Source: Planctomycetota bacterium (GTDB lineage Bacteria; Planctomycetota; UBA8108; SXIK01). Taken from it: a DNA stretch of 64,000 bases. Shown piece after piece: positions 59,792 through 64,000 of this stretch; the stretch's first letter is position 1; the number at the start of each line of letters is the position of its first letter. The notes beneath the pieces were generated by a model that saw only the letters and a list, made by a program, of their open reading frames with translations, was not told where the DNA came from and made no database searches. The translations under genes and the position numbers were made by a program. The stretch covers positions 480,001-544,000 of the forward strand of contig OZ244999.1 in the NCBI GenBank assembly GCA_965223265.1. Direction: 5' to 3'.

Positions 59792-60655
59792 CTACTTCCA
59801 GCGAGAGTAGAGATCGAGGCGACGATGGGATCTCACCGGCAGTCTTGCCCTCACGTCAGCTATTCTGGTCGCGCTGAGGTCGGCGAAGATCATGTCGCTC
59901 TCCACACCTGCTTCGGCGAGTACGTCGCCCCAGGGGTCGACGACGAGTGAATGGCCATAGGCGACGTAGTTCGCCGTTTCGTCGCGACCAGGGCAAGCTG
60001 CGGCGACGTACATTTGGTAGTCCACTGCGCGCCCACGCATCAGCAAATGCCAGTGCGCTTCGCCTGTAGGACGACTGAAGGCTGCCGGGATCGCGACGAC
60101 GTCGACACATTGGCGCTCGAAGTAGTCGAAGATTGCCGGAAAGCGGACATCATAGCAGATTGCCACACCGAGTCGGCAGAATGGTAGATCGACGACGAGC
60201 GGCTCTGTTCCGGCCGAGAACGTGCTCGACTCTTGGACGCGCACGGTGTCGAGGTCGATGTCGAAGAGGTGGATCTTGCGGTGCCGACCGAGAAGTTCCC
60301 CTCGCGGCCCGATGGTGTACGAAGTGTTGTAGAGATGCCCTGGCGCCGACTCTTCGACAAGGTCTTTCCCGCTGGCGCTCTCTCGTTCGCAGAGGGAACC
60401 TGCGACGATCGTCAACGACAACTCCGCCGCTAAATCGCGAAGACGGGTGAGCGCCGGTCCCTCAGAGTCCTCCGCTGCAGCGTTCATGAGCTCGAGTTGA
60501 TACGGAGTCTGGAACATCTCTGGCAGCACACAGAGCTGAGCCTTCGCTTCGCGGGAGCGGCGTAGAAACTCCTCAGCGTGCGTGAGGTTCGTCTCCGCGT
60601 CCTTGTCGACGATCCATTGGCCGACTGCGATGCGGAAATCTTTCATGGCCTGCAT
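59792..60655 (-). CDS. Carbon-nitrogen hydrolase (Nit-like)
   Basis: LPE, RKIHLFD, ICYDVRF, GHSLVVDPWG. Confidence 0.93.
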   Translation of the reverse strand: MQAMKDFRIAVGQWIVDKDAETNLTHAEEFLRRSREAKAQLCVLPEMFQTPYQLELMNAAAEDSEGPALTRLRDLAAELSLTIVAGSLCERESASGKDLVEESAPGHLYNTSYTIGPRGELLGRHRKIHLFDIDLDTVRVQESSTFSAGTEPLVVDLPFCRLGVAICYDVRFPAIFDYFERQCVDVVAIPAAFSRPTGEAHWHLLMRGRAVDYQMYVAAACPGRDETANYVAYGHSLVVDPWGDVLAEAGVESDMIFADLSATRIADVRARLPVRSHRRLDLYSRWK

Positions 60656-60700
60656 TCTCTCGTGCGCATGTGTGCGTCTCGGCCAAACTCGAGACTAACC

Positions 60701-61495
60701 CTAAAGGCCAAGGCGCCCTCGGAGTAGAAACGCTACGACTCCTAGAAGGCCGCCGAAGACGTTGCCCCAGACAACCAGCCAGCCGAGATGCTGTCGAATC
60801 ACGTCTTCCATCATACGTTTGACGTCTGCCGCGTGCAGCTGCTGAAGTTTCGTTTCCAGGAGTACCCCGACGTTTTCACGCAAATCGCGAACGACCGCCT
60901 CCTCGTCGAGCTCAAGTGGGAGGTCGGACGGGCTGGCCTCAGCGGCGACAGCGAGGACCTTCTCCTGCATCGACGCGATGAACCCCGAGACGAATTGGTT
61001 GACCGCAGGTCTCACCTTGTCGAGCCCCACCATGACAAGAAGCCCTCCGACGGAGGAGTTGGTGAGCTTATCGATCTGGCTATCGATCATCGGCTGCACT
61101 ACGTCGGCCGACGTCAGTTTTTCCCACTGGCGTTCGACGAAGTCGCTCATTGGGCTACCGCCGTTCGACGAGCGCTTCAGGTACTTCTGCCAATCGATTT
61201 CGCCTTGGCGCTGCGAGAAGAAATCCTTGAGATATTCCTCGTCGAAGAAGTGTTCGACGATGAGATCTTTCACCTTCGAGCGAATCTCTCGAAACCGCGC
61301 TGGGATGACCCCGCTTCCAATCAGTCCGGGGATGCGATCGAAGAGCATCTTGACCGCAAGCCAGTTCGTCACTCCGCCGCTAAAAGCGAAGATCGCAGCG
61401 GAGAAGACAAGGGCCCGCGCGGCCCCGTCGGGTAAGAGGATGCTGACAACGAGCAGCAGCGCAGAGGTGAGATTTGAAACGGTCCCTTTGTCCAT
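60701..61495 (-). CDS. DUF445-family membrane protein
   Basis: GGVTNWLAVKMLF, GSGVIP, WLVVWGNVFGGLLG. Confidence 0.85.
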   Translation of the reverse strand: MDKGTVSNLTSALLLVVSILLPDGAARALVFSAAIFAFSGGVTNWLAVKMLFDRIPGLIGSGVIPARFREIRSKVKDLIVEHFFDEEYLKDFFSQRQGEIDWQKYLKRSSNGGSPMSDFVERQWEKLTSADVVQPMIDSQIDKLTNSSVGGLLVMVGLDKVRPAVNQFVSGFIASMQEKVLAVAAEASPSDLPLELDEEAVVRDLRENVGVLLETKLQQLHAADVKRMMEDVIRQHLGWLVVWGNVFGGLLGVVAFLLRGRLGL

Positions 61496-61853
61496 CGGTC
61501 ACTCGTGGTAGCTGAATTCGAGCCGGACAGTGTACCAAACGTCGCTGAGAGCGAAAGTGTATCTCACAATCGAACTCTCCTTGATTGCGGCGCGCGATCG
61601 ACATTCAAGCGGGAACGCGAGCAAGGTGCGTGCCGTTCTAACGCGTGGCTCGCTGATTTGGCTTGGCCACGTCGCGTGTCACCCGATTGTTGAGATTCGT
61701 CAAAAGAGCTCTGAGTTCGTAGCGGTATGAACTTAGGCGCTTCTGCATGTGCGATTGCGCGCGGTCGTTTTGACAAGACCGATTGGTCCATCGTAGTCTC
61801 ATCGTCGGGGTCACTTCCGTCGTCGCCGTGAACACTTTGAGGGGAGGCACGCG

Positions 61854-63878
61854 ATGCGCCGGACGATTTTGCCCGCGTTGATTCTCGTCACGAGTGGATT
61901 GGGAGCGCAGACACTTGCGGTCAAGGGCTACCCGACTCAGTTGGTTCTCGATGAGATTTCTCCCGGTCCAGCGCAGCTTGTCACCGGCGCCGGTGCACCA
62001 CTCGGTCTGGGAGTGTACGTTGAGCTGTGGAGGGTGGCGGCCGGCGAAAACGCAGCCGAGTCGATTGCCTCGGTCGCAGCCAGCTCCGACGGTACGTTCG
62101 CATTCGCTGACGTGACCGTCTTGGAGGGGGAGCACTACTACGCGACTCTCTCTCGCAGCTGGCATTTCGATCGCGACGGCGACTTCGAAGGCTGGGATCA
62201 AATGACCTCGACAGACGCGGAGTTGGAAGTCGCTGACGGCGTTTTGAGGATCACGATCACAGATGCGAACCGAGATGGCTTTCACGACCCTTTTCTGCAC
62301 AACTTTTTCGACTACGACCCGTCGCTCTATCGGGTCGTTGAGGTTCGTCTGCGCAATCCAGCGAACGTGACACCTGCAAGACTCGGAATCTTCTGGGGAC
62401 AACCTCTCGAGCCGACCGTATTTCGCCATATCGCATCTGTGCCGACGGCGATGGTCGACTTCGAAACGCTCTTCATCCCCATGAACGTCGGCGAAGCCGT
62501 CATTCCAAGAGTTGCCGGCATTGACGCTGAGTGGAACGTCGATGGCCTGTGGACCGCGGCCGGTGTCAACGATACGCTGCGCCTCGACCCTCTCTGCGGC
62601 TTGCCGCGAAACACGCCAGGAGTTGAAGGTGTCGTCTTTGAGATCGATTCGATCCGTATCCGCGAGGACATACGCGTCGACTTTCACATCGATGACGATC
62701 TCTCAGGTCTCGGCATCTTCAACGGTGTCAACGACGTGTCGATCAGGCGAGGATTCCTTGGGTACACTGTTATCGCAGACCCGTCTGTTCTCTTCGACGT
62801 CATGACGGGACGTATCGAGACGAGTCATTTCACACAGTTTGTTGTGGGTCTTGATGGGCTCTCCGTGGCGAACCCGGCGACTTCTCTCGCAGTGCTGTTT
62901 AACGACGAAGACAGTGGCTCGAGCTACTTAGACGACGGTGGCAACATGCAGTCTGCTGAGCTGCCGCTTGATCTGAGCACAGGGGTGGACGCGATGATGC
63001 AGCTTGACCTCAGCACAGCTCCAGTCGGTGAGTGGAATGAAGACGGACGTGTGCCGATGGAGGGACTGCAAACGAGTCTTCCCGTCGGTGGTACGAGTGG
63101 AGATGTGATCGGCATCGACTACTTCGGCTGGATTCCTGCGACGCCGTTCGGCCCAAGCCCAGCGGTTTTGGCTGCGTTTCCGAACAATCCGCCGAACGTT
63201 TTGATTACAGTCGACCCGTCATCTGCGGAAGTTCAGATAGGGGACGACGACAGCGCGCGCGTTGAGCTCTCGAGTGTTGGGACCGACGACGGTGACGGAG
63301 GCGCGGCGACGTTGACCTTTGCCTGGAGCAAGATCTCGGGACCGGACGGCGACACGATCGAAGCGCCGACCATGCCGGAGACTGGTGTGGTGTTCAGCGT
63401 TGCGGGTGACTACGTGTACCGGCTGACCGTGGACGATGGCCAGCTGCTCGACTCGAGTGCGTCAGCTGACGTCACTATCGTCGTTCTTGAGCGGCCGGCG
63501 CCGCCTGAATCTCTTTTCGTTCGTGGCGACGCCAACAGCGATGGGCGCGGCATGGAGATCTCCGATGCGATGTTCGTGATCCGTGCACTGTTCAGACCGT
63601 CGAGCGTCGGGGAGCCACGCTGTCTTGACGCCCTTGATGCCAACGACGACGGATTCATCGACTTGTCCGACGCTGTCTTCATGCTGCGCTATCGCGTGAG
63701 TGGTCGTGTCGTGCCGCCGGCGCCGTTCCCGCTCTGCGGCTCCGATCCCACAGATGACGCTCTCAGCACCTGCGACGGAGCTGATGAGCTTTGCCCGACC
63801 GAAGAGGAAGCCGCTCTCGTCAAGCGAGACCGCCGTCGCTGGAAGCGAACGCGCCGGCATCGAACTCGTTGGCGTTGA
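61854..63878 (+). CDS. Secreted multidomain protein with PKD-like and dockerin-like C-terminal domains
   Basis: GGAGG RBS; signal peptide; FAWSKISGP...GDYVYRLTVDDG; FVRGDANSDG...DANDDGFIDLSDA. Confidence 0.85.
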   Translation: MRRTILPALILVTSGLGAQTLAVKGYPTQLVLDEISPGPAQLVTGAGAPLGLGVYVELWRVAAGENAAESIASVAASSDGTFAFADVTVLEGEHYYATLSRSWHFDRDGDFEGWDQMTSTDAELEVADGVLRITITDANRDGFHDPFLHNFFDYDPSLYRVVEVRLRNPANVTPARLGIFWGQPLEPTVFRHIASVPTAMVDFETLFIPMNVGEAVIPRVAGIDAEWNVDGLWTAAGVNDTLRLDPLCGLPRNTPGVEGVVFEIDSIRIREDIRVDFHIDDDLSGLGIFNGVNDVSIRRGFLGYTVIADPSVLFDVMTGRIETSHFTQFVVGLDGLSVANPATSLAVLFNDEDSGSSYLDDGGNMQSAELPLDLSTGVDAMMQLDLSTAPVGEWNEDGRVPMEGLQTSLPVGGTSGDVIGIDYFGWIPATPFGPSPAVLAAFPNNPPNVLITVDPSSAEVQIGDDDSARVELSSVGTDDGDGGAATLTFAWSKISGPDGDTIEAPTMPETGVVFSVAGDYVYRLTVDDGQLLDSSASADVTIVVLERPAPPESLFVRGDANSDGRGMEISDAMFVIRALFRPSSVGEPRCLDALDANDDGFIDLSDAVFMLRYRVSGRVVPPAPFPLCGSDPTDDALSTCDGADELCPTEEEAALVKRDRRRWKRTRRHRTRWR

Positions 63879-64000
63879 AGCTCGACGCGGTGCACTGATG
63901 CCGCGTCAGTCCTTCCATTCCCCAGACTCTCTATCCTGACGTGCTGCAGCCCTGCGATCTGTAATGGGTCGCGGGGCTGTAGTTTTTTTTTGAGGTTCCA

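Noticed and set aside
61638-62687. Long antisense ORFs (349 aa here; also 38254-39384 and 40276-41262)
   Set aside because: They lie opposite well-supported genes and have no motifs; such ORFs are expected in high-GC DNA.

Overview
GC-rich bacterial window, most likely Planctomycetota (DUF1501 + DUF1549/DUF1553 pair, dockerin-like FVRGDAN domain, GTAGCAGGCACACTCC REP-like repeats). The standout is 7.1-16.9 kb: five co-oriented, intact copies of one IS110-family (IS1111-type) element are stacked inside a single (GAGGCA/GAGGCG)n microsatellite. Each copy has a long non-coding end containing a predicted stem-loop whose two loop arms match the two strands of that microsatellite, consistent with a bridge/seekRNA programmed against a simple repeat. 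The microsatellite flanks a four-helix-bundle gene that has a long upstream hairpin and further hexamer repeats downstream. The rest is mostly ordinary housekeeping and accessory genes: a SWIM-SNF2 helicase, an ECF sigma/vWA operon with two giant paralogous envelope proteins, a second ECF/anti-sigma/PDZ unit, orphan cox3/cox4, ferredoxin, mgtE, and a few MITE- and REP-like repeats. All family calls come from motif recognition by eye; no searches were run.
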